Shown here in pieces: positions 47,685 to 60,838 of a DNA stretch of 64,000 nt. The notes under the pieces were generated by a model. The model saw only the letters and a list, made by a program, of their open reading frames with translations. It had not been told where the DNA came from and searched no databases. Both the position numbers and the translations under genes were made by a program. The stretch's first letter is position 1, and every line of letters starts with the position of its first letter. This stretch comes from Tricharina praecox (lineage: Eukaryota), in NCBI RefSeq assembly GCF_024521635.1, contig NW_026250403.1, positions 2,418,001 to 2,482,000 of the forward strand. The letters are read 5' to 3'.

Positions 47685-50600
47685 AGTTTACAACCGTTGA
47701 ACTATCCGTGCTAAGACTGTGGAAACAGTACAGTACCTACCCCTCTCTTGATTCATGATATGACAACCGCTTTTTTTCACTGACGTTGCCAGAAACTTCG
47801 CTACAAGAGCCACAGATTTTCATCACCACTCGAAGGCACAGTTTGCAAGATGGGAAGCAGAGTTCAAAGAATAGCGGAGGCATGCAAGAGAACCGAACAG
47901 TGACCGGGAAAGTGATGAGGGAGAGCTAGGTTGAGAAGGTCGGGCGGAAGAACATCTTACTAAAGGGTGCGCAGGAGCGGCAATTGCACACCAGCGAGAT
48001 TGACGTTCTCAAGGAGGAGGAAGGGGGATCATACAGGAGCTGGGAGGAAAGTTGGACCTCTTGTTGGCGTATATTGCGAGGTAGTCTCAGTAAACCTGAA
48101 TCAGCTTCTGTATGGGAGGCAGTACATACACAATCAAACCATTCTGTTAAAAATGGCAAGTATGTGCGCACAGATGGTGGAGAAACCCACCGTTGAACGG
48201 CACGTAACAGGGCAATTTTCATCTCCCCCTCCGCCTCCGCCAGTGATAACGGAGCATTAATTCTCCTAAATCCCCCACTAGCCACCAGCAAGGCGCTTTT
48301 TCCATTCCATCGCCGAATACCCGCATTGCTGTACAAAGGTGCGCCACACAGCCCCAGTTATGAAGAGCAAGTGTTCCGCTTCCGATGCGTATTCCCGGAC
48401 GCCACACACGAATGCACTACCGTATTGATCGAATCCCTTGTACATATGTCTGATAAACACCAAGTCGAGATCGGTCCCGCCCTTCGGAACCTCAAGGTAT
48501 AGAATACCAGCTAGGCTTGAAGCCGCTTGCTAATTGGAATTCTGAGGGGCTGTCATCATCATCGATGGCAGGAGTTCGGCAGCCGCAACAACAATCGCGT
48601 CTGGAGTTTTCCCCCACAAGTGTTGCCATCCCGGAGACCTGTGTCTTAGAACCCCGCAAAACCTTAAGACACCAATTGCCAGTCCCTTCCCCGCAAAACG
48701 AACGGGTGGGGCCGTATCTACTAGTAAATACGGAATTACGGAATTAGGTGTCTACCGGGTACCCGTGATGATCTTTGTTAGGCTGTAGGGAGCTCCGAGT
48801 GGAGAAACTGCTGAGAACAAGCGGTAGTTGACACGAGAAGACGGGAAGACGGGAAAATTGTGTACTATAGTGTTCGAAGCCACAATTGCAACCACAACTG
48901 GTTTTGGGGTACGAGATAGGTAGACCGTCCCTATGAAGACAGCAACTCGGTAGCTGGCTGAGTAATAGCCGCCAGTATTTCGTGTCGGAGACCAAATGTA
49001 TCCCACCAACTGCGACTCACACTAACATGCCAATCGTATCGGCGTTGATTTGTCGACAGCGCTGAACAAGTGGCAAGCGGTGGCACTTGACTGGTACAAG
49101 AACTTACCGCTGCTACAAGTATGTAAGCAGTTAGTGTCGCACTTCGAAATCCAACCGTATCTAAGTGCAGTATGTAGGCTTGCCGTCAGCCGTTGCTGCG
49201 GAGCGGGAGGAGCTTCTCTCACAGTCCCTAGCCCGATGCTCATTGCTAATACATACGCTGGATCACTCGATGCAGCATACCCAGATAAAGTGCAAGGGGC
49301 CTTCAATGTGAAATATGACCGTGCATAGTGCAGGGCTGGAACGCCGAAACTTCGCCGAACTCTAGATGACTGGTTGGATGGGCGACGCACCGATCCGGAG
49401 TGCAATAAGTGGTACCACGTGCTTCCCGTATGCGATGGAGGGATGAGGGAGGGAGGGGAGGGAAGCTGCAACTCGAACTTCGAACTGTTAGCCATCAATA
49501 GATGTCCTTTTCCGTTTGCCCTGTGCCCCACTTTTCCTTCCGTCGAAGTGGTGCGATGCGTGTTTCTCCCCCGTGGCCGCAGATACCTATCGACGCCTCC
49601 CTAGTGCGCCCAGCAAGCGAGACCCCATGTAGAGTAAGTAGCCCCTCAGCTCTCCATCCGATTGCCTTTCCCAGTTCTGTGACGATCTCGCCCCCCCTCC
49701 GCGTCGCTCACGGATCGAGGTGGCGGGCGCTGTCGGGATCGCTGCAGACTAGGATGCGGAAGACGGCGGCTAGGTGAGGGCATCTCCGCTCGAAGCGAAC
49801 GCACCGCCAAAAGTAACTTAGGCGCAACAGGCGATGATCCTGGTTCATGGTCACCGGCAACAACCGTTTTCGCCCTCGCCCTCCGTCGTCGTTGCCGTCG
49901 GGCTCGGGCTCGGGCCCACAGACGTCTCCAGCCACTCCCACATGCACGACATCGGGTTCGAAACCGCAGCGCTCAAAACGGCCAAGAAAAGCACCCCCGC
50001 ACCCACCCCCCTCCCACGCCACCCCCTCCCGTAGTGGTGCGCGGCGGGTGCGGCGGCCGGGCGGCGTTCTAATGCAGACTTCTGTACGCAATCGATACAT
50101 ATCGGAGTCGGCAGTTGCGTTCTAGTTATTCTTCCTGGCCTCGCAGTATGTAAGCGCGGAAACACCGCGCGCCCGACCGCCGGACCCACTGGCCCCATTC
50201 GGCCTCCCTCTGTTGCACCTCAGCTGGCCACGGGTTGAACGCCGCCGAGTGGAACATATCGTCCAGGGATTGTTGCATGGCAGAAAAGAGACGAAAAACA
50301 AACTACGGTGGCCACATTGGTGGGGCCTCATTCCCGTATGTTTCGGACATAGGTACTATGTATGATACCTACATTATGTACTTCGATAACACTATGTACT
50401 ATAGATACGCGATTTCCTACGGCCAAACCGCATCCATGGTTCTCACCCACCTACTCTACTCTAGAGTAGCAGTTACCGGTAACTGTTCTGCTATCACAGC
50501 ACAACCCGCATCGGGACCACCGGTACCGAACCCTAGGTCACGGTACGCGGGTTCCACAGCCCAAAGATCCCCAGTGCCGATTCTCGATCGAAGCCCGGAA

Positions 50601-50866
50601 AGGACTGCCCCTACCATCACCGAATCACAGCGATGCAGACAACGGTGCAGCAGCCATACGCTCGAAGCGCTACATACTACATACTACATACTACAAGCGG
50701 CTTTCCACACCAACACTCCCACCCCTTACTGCTGTCGCATACTTGCATGTGTTTCTCTCATGTCGCTGGCACACGGATTTACGCAACCCGCATCTGACCG
50801 CACCACCACTGTCACATCCACCATCACATCCACATCCACATCCACATCCACATATCCACCACCTCA

Positions 50867-51490
50867 ATGGCACACAACATAAGAGCAGCCTCCCGACCCG
50901 CTTCGATCCCCACCGGCCACGCACCACCAACACCACCACAATCACCGCAATCAGCACCCTCACAACCTCCCAATCCTCCCAACCCTCCCTCCAAAATGCC
51001 AACAGAAACGCTAAACACTTCAACCAACCTCTCAACGCAAGCGCACATCACCTCACTCTTCTCATCACTGCAAGACCCGATCTCATCGAGCATACTACCG
51101 ATCAGTACGCGGCGACTGCGCGCCAAAATGCGAGGCTACTCGCCGCACTGCGCCGACCCCAGCAGCAGCAGCGCCGTGAGCTCGCCGACGGGATCGACAT
51201 CGAGCACCGGCAGCGCGGCCACCGCCGCCTCCTCCGCCTCCGCCGCCTCCCACTCCTCCCACTCATTCTCGTCGTCCGCGGGCACAGTACGTGTGCCGAT
51301 CTATACCAATTGGGTCTTTGTCACCAGCGCGGAGGTCCTAGCGCGCGCGGGCGAGGGCGAGGAGGAGGCAGAGCCGCCGAATGAGGCCGCCGGTGGAGGC
51401 ACAGCTGGCAAGAGCGGCGGCGGGTGGACGAAAAGGCAGTACCGCATCGAGAGCGAAAAGCTGAGGGGGAAGGAGTGGGTGTTTCAATGA
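50867..51490 (+). CDS. Small Ser-rich hypothetical protein (start 50867 or 50996)
   Basis: 207-aa ORF with coding-like composition, CAAAATG at 50996, and an ordered C-terminus RVPIYTNWVFVT...WTKRQYRIESEKLRGKEWVFQ. Confidence 0.55.
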   Translation: MAHNIRAASRPASIPTGHAPPTPPQSPQSAPSQPPNPPNPPSKMPTETLNTSTNLSTQAHITSLFSSLQDPISSSILPISTRRLRAKMRGYSPHCADPSSSSAVSSPTGSTSSTGSAATAASSASAASHSSHSFSSSAGTVRVPIYTNWVFVTSAEVLARAGEGEEEAEPPNEAAGGGTAGKSGGGWTKRQYRIESEKLRGKEWVFQ

Positions 51491-53177
51491 GCATGTGCTT
51501 GATTGATTGACTGATTGATTGATTGTGCTTCGCATGTCTTTTTTTTTAATCTGTGTGCAGCGAGCGAGCGAGCCCCAGCCCATGTACATCATATGAGCTG
51601 TGGTGGCTCGTCTCGGACATCGAATCTTTTTCTTTTACATCTTTTCTTTTCTATGTATTCCCTTTGTTTCGTTCGAACTGCATGGGACGGTGTATAGGTG
51701 TATGGTTGGATTTTGGGGGATACTCTAGGCTGGGCTGGGCTGGCGTTATTTTATTTTTATTTTTTGTGAAAACTGCCTGGTCCGATGGAATGGTGGCAGT
51801 CAGCAGGCAGTCGGTGTGCGGATGATGGCTGGCTGGGGGCGTGGAAACGGGATGGGGATGGGAATGGGAATGAATGGAGTTTTCTGCTGATACACAAACG
51901 CCGTGTGAATTGTGATGGCGATTGTGATTGTGATTGTGATGTTTTGCATGTAGAACAAGCTCCAGGCTTCTCCTCCACCTCCACCTCCTCCTCCGTGAGC
52001 AGAGTTAGTGTAGGCATCCTAATAGCACTCCACATGACAAGTTCGGGATCCGCCTACCTACATGCTCTTTCGCACTTATACCCGCCGTTTCCGTCGGATC
52101 GAGTTCAATTTCAATTTCAAAGCTCCATTCGACCCTCGACTTTAAGGCCACCCGAATCCCGACCAATTACATACAGGCGGTAACTACCAGCCTCACGCCG
52201 TTGAACCGTTTTTTCTTCTTCCCTTTCCTCTTTCTTTCTCAACGCAACGCCCTGCTAATCCGCGACTGCCCTGCAGCTTGTGATACCGGTATGTACTATG
52301 TATGATATGTAGAGTCCCTATGTAGAGTAACTATGAATGATCGAGTCATGGTTTTGGGGGTCCGTGCGTCGCTGCCTGCAGGAATATCAAGAGGAATTAA
52401 CGGTGGTCGGGCGTTGCTGGTCCGGTTGGGACTTTGGGGACGGGGGACGGCGACGGGACAGTCCGTGGCAGCGGTTTCTGACTATGATTTGGAATGCGGG
52501 AGACACAAGGCGCAGTGTACGGTACGGTAAGAACTCGATTGATAGTCACTCAGATATTGCGGCGGGTGGGGTCCGGTTGGTTGTCTGGCTGCCTGTTTGT
52601 CTGTCTGGCTGGCTGGTGGGATACCTATCGTGTGCAGACATCCGTCCTATCTACAGTCTACCCGCTGGTAAAACTCTATCTCGCGGTGCACTTGTCACTG
52701 TCATCCTAACTTGCACACGCTAGAAGGAAGGTCTGGATGCCGCCCCTTACATCCCCTATCCTCCATCCCCTATCCTCTATCCCCCATCCTCCATCCTCCA
52801 TCCTCAACGCCAGCTTCGGACTTCTGGCAGCTAACTAGCGTCAAGGCTGGCCGACTGTTGTTGGAAGAATCGGATGGTAGATACTCTACTCTATAGATGA
52901 CTCTTGCTATAGCTATCGCTAGAGTAAAGGAGCTACCCTGCCACTGAGTGATACTGACTGACAGCCTAGAGACTATGATACCTAGTGGATGTGGTATGCA
53001 GGGCGAGGGAGGGTCGGACCCCAAGTTTCATTCAAGTATGCTACCTACTATAGGTAATCACGTGACGCGTGTGGCCGCGATACGCGGGGCTCTCCGCACA
53101 TCGGATCGACATTGGCAACGGACACGGAGATATCAGACCGGGGGTGCGGGCCACCGCACTCTACTCTAGAGCCATTG

Positions 53178-53718
53178 TTACTGCTGCTGATTCTGTGTCT
53201 GTGCGAACCCCCCCTCAGCGTCCTTCGTCGCTCTCGCCTCCCAGCCCTTCCCCCTGCGCCTATCGCCGAGGCCAAAGCCGGTACCGGACGCTCTGATCGC
53301 CGTCAAGAGCTCCTTCCCGCCGTCCTCATCGCGCACCACGCTCTCCGCGCGCGCAAGGTAGTCTTCGTGCTCCTTCCCCGTCCATCGCCCCACGTCCTCG
53401 ATCACGACCGCTTCGATGTGCGAGATATGCAGCGGCGAGGCGATCTTGACCGCGCTGGCGGCGGTGGCCGACGCGAACAGCGCGTGCACCGTCGGCGTGA
53501 AGGTTGATGTTGCCGAGGGGAACTGCGGGGTCGTTAGTGGGGGGGTGGGACGGGGAGGGGAGGGGGATGCTACGCACGCGTAGAGCTTTGAAGGCCGTTA
53601 CTTGGCCGAATTTTTGCAGCGCTTTGAGCACCTGGCGGGACTCGGTGACGTTTTTGGGGGGCGGCGAGAGGCGGAGGGTCACTGCAAGCGTGGAGAGTTG
53701 GGTGATCGTGCGTGACAT
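53178..53718 (-). CDS. Hypothetical protein with degenerate RRM-like N-terminus, possibly mitochondrial (intron 53577-53523)
   Basis: LRLSPPPKNVTESRQVLKALQKFGQVTAFKALR is joined in frame by a GTGCGT...CTAAC...CAG intron. Confidence 0.7.
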
Positions 53719-53956
53719 TGGGGGCAAGTTGTTGAAACGGAACACGCGTTACAGACCGCGGTTGAGTACCTGTACTACCTTTGCATGCCGACGCACCCCT
53801 AACCCTTCAGTCACCCCGAGTCACTGCTGTCACCGCCTTTTCTGCACTCAACGCCTGACTCCAAACGCCTGACTCCATTATCCAATCACTCCTCTATCAA
53901 AAGGCTGGCAGCAAAGGTTGGCAGCAGAAAACGAAAAACAAACCCCCATTTCAACG

Positions 53957-56900
53957 CTAAACCGCCTGTTGGTCCGCGTCCTCCCACCATTCCATCCCAT
54001 TGACCTCAGTCCACCTCGTTCCCCACGACTGTTGCAAAAGACTAACCCTCGCATCTCTCCCTCGCCTACCGCCGTTACTGAACACTTCTGCCGATCTCGC
54101 CGTTGTGTTTCTCCTAAGTGCAAAAACCAATGCCACCGTCATGCCACAAGTCAACGCCGTGTAGACAGCTAACCCGGTACGTACCAAACCGGCGTCCTCC
54201 AAACTAGCGCTAACCCCAACCGCCATTGCGGCAAACAAAAATGCAATCCCGTGGAAAATTGCCAGACCGGAGCTGAGACAGGGATGCGACGTTGTAAAGC
54301 TCTCGTCATATCGGTGGAGGCTGGCCGGTAGTTGTGTTCGGTGCTGATGTGTCGTCGAGTTCGATAGCGACCCAGACCCCGGTGTAAGAGCGGGTTCTGG
54401 AAGATCGGATATGTCGAAATTGTCCATCATCATGTTGTAACACTCTGCGATGACCATGGCACCGGAAAATGAGACAACCGCTGTAAAGAATACAGGGGCC
54501 ATGAAGTGAACCGGGGGCCCCGCGGCCGAAATGGTTAAGGCGATACTCGCCATTGGTAGCAGAATAGCACCGGTCCAGAGTACGGCTCGGAAAGGATGTT
54601 GTCCAACATCTTTATGACCGTAATTATTGTTGTGTATCGCTACACTCGAACGATGTCGGAAATTGGAACGATACAGCTTGCAGAGTTGAGTTGGAATAAC
54701 AAGTAGGGCTCCCGCGGCAAGCGCAAAAACCGCAAGGCCAATGTCAGTAGTGGCGAATCCGTAGGTTGTGGTAATAAGCGACGACAGGAGCTAAAGCGAG
54801 CTGTCAGACATTATTCAACCCGAGAACGCGGACACGAACCATCATAACCAGCATGAGATAGCCAAAGACCCATCCAAAGTACACTGCGATGATCAAGAAG
54901 CCCTTTTGATGGAGCATCTTCCAAGTCAATACCATGCCAGCCCAGACCTCCTCCCACCAGTATTCCGGCGAAGTTCCAAACATGACCAGCTTGAGTTCTC
55001 CTCTTTCTGTAGCTCCCTTAGCGGCGGACCGATGTTCTGGTTTGTGGGTCATTTTCCACGGTGGTCGAACTTCCGGCGCTACAACGACCAAGACCAGAAC
55101 GAAGCCGGCAAGAATCATGACTGTCCAGAATCCCCAAGCAGGATCCGTGGCGTCAACTGTTATCTTTCCGAATAGATACCCAACAGCTGGAGATGCGACA
55201 AATAGCCAAGTGAAGATACCAATCCACGCCCCCGTCCTCACACCGGCATCGCCCCCGGGAATATTGTTATACACGTTTTGACCTTCTATGGGGACGGGAC
55301 TGTTGTAGACTACGCCGCCGCGACAGCAGGCTCCAGTGTCAGGGCCAAACAAGTCGAGGATCGTCGCCAGGGAATTCATGAACGCAAATCCAAGCACTAT
55401 CCCAGAGAAACTACGAAAGAAAAGCAGGCAGACAACATAGGGTTGCATTGTAAACGAAACGCTTGGTTGGACGGTATGCGGCGGTAGCGATAACGCCTGC
55501 GGAAGCTGCAATGGAAGCATAAACGCAATCGAGAGCAAAAGATAAGGTTTCCGTCCGTGTAGTAAGGGCAGCGGCCAAAAGAACAGAGTAGGAATGAAAA
55601 GGCCGAGAAAGAACATTGAATTGCCCAAGGATGCCACCCGCGGAGTGATCTGTAAGTGCTCCTGTATCCTAGGGAGCTCTGCCTAATAGCTTCCGATAAT
55701 CCATCCGTTTAACCCCACCACCGCACAGGCAACGCTAGCTGTGAATCGTTTGCTCCAGAGATTCCACTCCCATCCGCCCTTGTATCTTCGTGGTGCACAA
55801 ACGACTGCAGCCTCGGCAGGCCTAGGAGGCCCGAATTCGAGTGACATGTCCGGGCGAGGGAGACGGACCAGAATGATCTCGCCATTCTCTCCGACTTCCA
55901 TGCGAAATTGCTGCTCTAGGTTCCCAGGAACCGAAGCTCTAGCGATAGATCCTTCCCGACTGTATCCTTTTATGGCTCTGGTTGAAGCCATCTCGGAAGC
56001 AGAAGTGTTCTGCCGGTTACTATTCCATGCGCTTTCCCGCTCAGACTCCTGCATATCGATAGATTCTTCCCGACTGTAACCTTTGATGGCTCTGGTTGAA
56101 GCCATCTCGGAAGCAGAAGTGTTTTGCCGGTTGCTATTCCATGCTCTTTCCCGCTCAAACTCCTGCATATCGATGAATGGAATAGGAGAGCGATGATGTT
56201 TCTGTCGAGACCGCCCTTTTCCGTTGCGTTCCGACGTTCTCCGACTTGAATGCTCCCAGTTTTCCGAAGACACACCTACTGAGCTTCCAATACTGGCGTC
56301 CTGCTGAATTACTTTGGTCCTTGAACGTTTGGGCTGATCTTCCGTGAGCTCGCTCGAAACATCCTCCGAAACCTCCATTGGCAACCCCGAAACCTGCACC
56401 GGTATCTGTTCCGACATGGACTCTCTCGTCGACTCTCTTGTCGAGTCCTTCATCGAGCCCTTCATCGAGTCGTTCACCGAGTCGCGCATAGACTCCTGTG
56501 CATGCTCCCGCATCTGTTCTGGCTCCGGGCCCGCTCTCTGCTCCGGCATCTTCCCTTCCGGCAAATCAATCTCTTCTTGAACATAGATCGACTCCGGGGC
56601 AGTCACGGCGGGATCTGTGCCCTCGAAGACGCTCAAGAAGCTTTCATGCGTGCTTCCCTTGGCACTCCGTATGCTCCTATCGCGCTGATCCAACGCCGAG
56701 TGGGAGCCTTGGACGGCTCGTCCGGCAATCTCCAGTGCCTGATTCAACATCTCTTCCAGGTCGCTGATGATCCTCGTGAACGATGGCGCGGAATTTGGAG
56801 TACCCAAGTTCTCCGTAGATCCCATCATGCTGCGAGATGAGTGGTGGATGTTGGCTCGGATGAGATCCGCCACGCTTGATTCGGCTTTGGAAAGGTCGGA

Positions 56901-58332
56901 TTGCACGTATGCTTGGTGGAGCGTTAACGGGGAGCGCTTCACAAGGTGTGGGTCCGAGTCATCGTAGGACGATAGGGCTGCAAAGGTGTCTGTCGAATAC
57001 TTACCACTGTACCCAAGGGGGGCATCTTCGGGGTGTTGAACCGAAGGACTTCTCGTAGGAGCTCCCTCATGAGAGGTTGACACTGCTTTAGAACCATATC
57101 GTTGCTCTGTGTATTCATCATAGTCGAATGAACTCGCGTTTCCACCAGAAATGGTTGCCGTTCCGAGTGCAATCTCCTCCTCCGGAGTGGAAGCTCCAGT
57201 GTGCCCAACAATTGATTGGTTTGGTTTGTCTGCGTGTGTAGAATGCTCATACTCGTCGGACCCAAAGTGATCGGAGGTTCCCATAGAAGTTGGTGACGCT
57301 TGTGATACGGTAGGACTGGTAGCAGCAGTGATTCCGATGAGAGGTGGTGGAGTGGCGATGGTGTTTACGGGTGTATCTGCATCCCGTTTTACCGGCGAAC
57401 CAACATGGAGAGGCCGAGCGAAAAGGTCCGGAGAATGTGACGACGATCCACTGTCATACAACACCCTGGTGACCGGATCTCTCGTATTACTGGGAGTTTG
57501 CTGTGTCTTTCCCGTGCCACCGCCGTCCGACGTATCGTGCTCTTCTCCTCCGCCACCTGCTTCCTCTTCATCCTCCGACGACTCGACGAGAGCTTCAACG
57601 GCGCTTACACCTGATGCCGCAGGCGAAGGCGTCATTTTCCCCAGACTTCGGTGCTTATTCCGCATTGGAAACCCGAATGGAAGCTGCGTCTGTCCAATAT
57701 CCGCAGGAATGGACGCATGCGAGAAATGTGGGCGACCAAGGGCGGGGCTGTATTCCCTGACAATCGAACTAGCCACCGTCTTCTGGACAACACTTCCTAC
57801 TCGAATAACTGGCTCGAGGTCCAGCTCCTCCGATGGCTCGTACCTATTGTCGTCATCTCGGGGTAGGAGATCTCCGCTTTCGTCGGACATGGCTGAGGAT
57901 TTTCGCTGGCCGTCAAGGGCTCCCGTGCCCCCGCTGTCCCCAATCCCGTCTCTTCCATCCACGTAGTAGGGTGACGCGGCGCCGGCGAGCCCGTGGGTCC
58001 GTGTCCGCTGATTCTCGTTTGACCGATCTGCACCTCCTCCGTCGCCGTCGTCCTCGCTATTGTCCTCGTAGCCGTTATCGCTTAACGTGATCAGAGCCCG
58101 AACCCGACTGTACAGAGATAGACCGGCGAGCTCTAGGGCTCCTGGGGGTGAACGACTTCCAATCGATGTTTTGGACCGGCGCTGAGAGCTCACCGTTAGA
58201 TAGACTCTCAATCCACGGGAGGGGGGTGCTCCGACAACGTACATGAAGGTCTTCGGTCGTCAATGGTAAAGAAGTCTGGAGTTTTGGAGGAGGAGGAGGG
58301 CGGGGAGGAGCAGATTGGGGCCGTATGTCCAT
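53957..58332 (-). CDS. Large MFS-domain protein (~1421 aa, AMD1-like architecture) with in-frame premature UAG at 55685-55683; exons 58332-58243, 58181-54840, 54790-53957
   Basis: Both introns are canonical and in frame. A long disordered N-terminus is followed by MFS helices (FFWPLPLLHGRKPY, WGFW, APEVR). The frame continues directly across the TAG. Confidence 0.85.
55945..56175 (-). repeat. 114-bp (38-aa) tandem duplication inside the MFS gene
   Basis: IDMQE.ERE.AWNSNRQNTSASEMASTRAIKGYSRE occurs twice; gttgaagccatc at 55981 and 56095. Confidence 0.9.
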
Positions 58333-60838
58333 AACAATATTCCGTGTTTAGACCATTTGCGTGAGGGGATAATAATAGGGATAAAAATGGGCACGGTTGA
58401 AACGAGTGTGATGGCACGAGGATATGGATGGCTATGGATGGATGCGGGGAGGTGGTTGCATTGCGGTGCGATCCCATCCGGCAACATGCATGGATAGACC
58501 GTCATGCAGCAGCACTCGTCTGCTCCTATGGAACAGCGAAATCTGTACTAGGTATATGGATGTGGGATGACAATAATCGACTGCAGAATAGTGTGCTTAC
58601 TCGGCTCCTGGCACGTCTGTAAACCAAACTTAGAACTTTCCAACATTCCATGGTGGTGATATTGCTGGAATATTCCAGTCCATCGCACGCTGTTGTTGAT
58701 TGTCCGCGGATTCTTTTCCAAAATAGGTACATCAGTACATCAGTACCACAGCAAGTATGTAGATACATTATTCCGCTTTGCATAATGCACCGCCAAACTC
58801 CTCCATTACGATCAGCATCCCCATTCACATTTGCACCGGCAGTAGTCATCTAGAGACCGGTCGAGGCAGGGCTCTTCAGGTCGACGAGTCCTGGACCTCC
58901 AACTTCGGGACAGTGCTCGTTCTGAGTGGTTGTCTATTACCTCTTTGGCCCAGCTATGTATCAAGTGGCCTGTTTTAAACGACCAACTGAACTGAAAAGG
59001 AGTGGGTATTCAAGAGCCGCAACGAGATCACGACCGGGGCCGAGTGATGATTTGCGCACCCGGTGGCCTCGGCCGGCACAGTCCGCACTGTCCATGGAAA
59101 ATCCCAAAGCTGCAGTGTACAATTGTGGCCGATGGTATGTTCGTCACCAGCGTACTACCAACGCATATCTAAACAAGCCTCGATTATGCCTTTCCACAGG
59201 CCAGTCTCGAACTATGTAACCTCGTTAGCCGCCTGCAGATTGAAGGATCCACGGTATTCGTAGCGCATTATGCCTTCGCAATAACGTATTGCATGTGGGG
59301 GGATATCGGACTAGCCGACGGCGTGGGATAAAGGTGGACTATACATCTTAGACAAGCCAGACAGCGATCGACCGGTAGCAGAAAGGCGTTTTCGAGGCGA
59401 GAAACCCAACCGGATGCTTAGATACCTATGATATCGACTGTACATATTTCCAGCCGGTAAGTCTGCGTCCTCCGCCCACCTGTGGATTCGAGGTGCGGGG
59501 GAGTGTGGCTTGACTTGAACCAATAGTTAGCACGGCGGCTAATATATTAGCCTTGACGGGACAGCCAAAAATAATACATACACTGACAGACACATAAACA
59601 TAAGCCCAACAGTCAACTGGCGTTTGCCCGTGACTTCCGAAGCGATTATACGGGTTGCACGGGAAGATAGGCTGGGCAGGGGGCCCACCATGTACTCTCG
59701 ATGTTTACCACTATTTCCAGGGCAGTTTGGCGAGGCCGTCTGCTTTGAGGGTTGCTGGTTGGCGATGGGAGGGGGGCCTTGCAGATATTGTTTTCCGCAA
59801 GGATGGCACCGTCCCAACCGAGACACCCTGTGGTTAGGGGGACACCCTGGGCCACCATCTCGCGATTCTGCTCGAAGAGAAAGAGAACGTCAGTTTATGC
59901 TCGCATACGGCCTTGCTATGTATTGTACGTTCATTCTGCTTGGTATCTGTTTGTTTGATGATTGATGGCAACTTGCAAGGCCATTCTGCTTAGTAAGAAA
60001 TACTTGGAAAACGCGCACAAGATACCCTGCGCGTACCGAGTGACTGGCATGATTTGTTCGATTCTGACTGTAAACGATAACTATTCCGTCCAAAATCTCC
60101 GTCTTTTCTCCTCAAGTAGAGGAGAACGGAAATACGGAGACTTCACGGTGCTGAAAAGACAAGCGGCTCAAAGTTAGGTGTCAAATTCGGGTCGGCTCAA
60201 GCTTGAAGTATCCACAGCCGTACGACTTATGTACTGGGGTTTAACATGCGCAGAAGGTCAGCATGCGCATGAGAGTACCAGCAGCAGCATCAGCAAGCTC
60301 AAACATCGGCTGAAATGTGGCGGAGTCGCTGTAGTACATACTACTAGTAGCAGGAACCTCTGAGCCACACTCATATGCAGACGCTGGGTCATTCCCAGAG
60401 TGGTGGCGCCTCTCCGTATGTATCGGCACAGAGAGACACGGCCCCCAATCGAGAAGATTGGTATTGACAGATGGGGATTTGTACCTGCAGCAACCGGAAG
60501 TCCACATATCGGCATAGTAATCACTAGACCCTTTGCGATTTAGGCATCCAAGGATACTCTACATAACCAACCCATGTCAGCGCTTCCGCGCCAACAGATC
60601 GGGAGTGGGCCAAGTCCACGGTAAGTCGGTGTGTCGATTCTTATAACCATGGCCGCCTCTCCTGCCTCCCTACAGTTACGGTTGAAGAGTTGTCAAATCT
60701 CTGGGAGGGGAATACACACGACAGCGACAGCCAGAGGGAAAACGAGAATCCATGAATTCCAGAACAACAACCAGTTCAACATCGAAGTCGAATCGGTAGT
60801 CGAATCGGTAACTGGATATCGGTCCGGTCAACCATACA

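Noticed and set aside
45600-50200. Numerous 60-170 aa ORFs
   Set aside because: No recognisable motifs or consistent exon structure; probably decayed or non-coding.
55683-55725. Small intron removing the premature TAG
   Set aside because: No good donor or branch site nearby, and splicing would delete much of the first TM helix; the frame is continuous without it.
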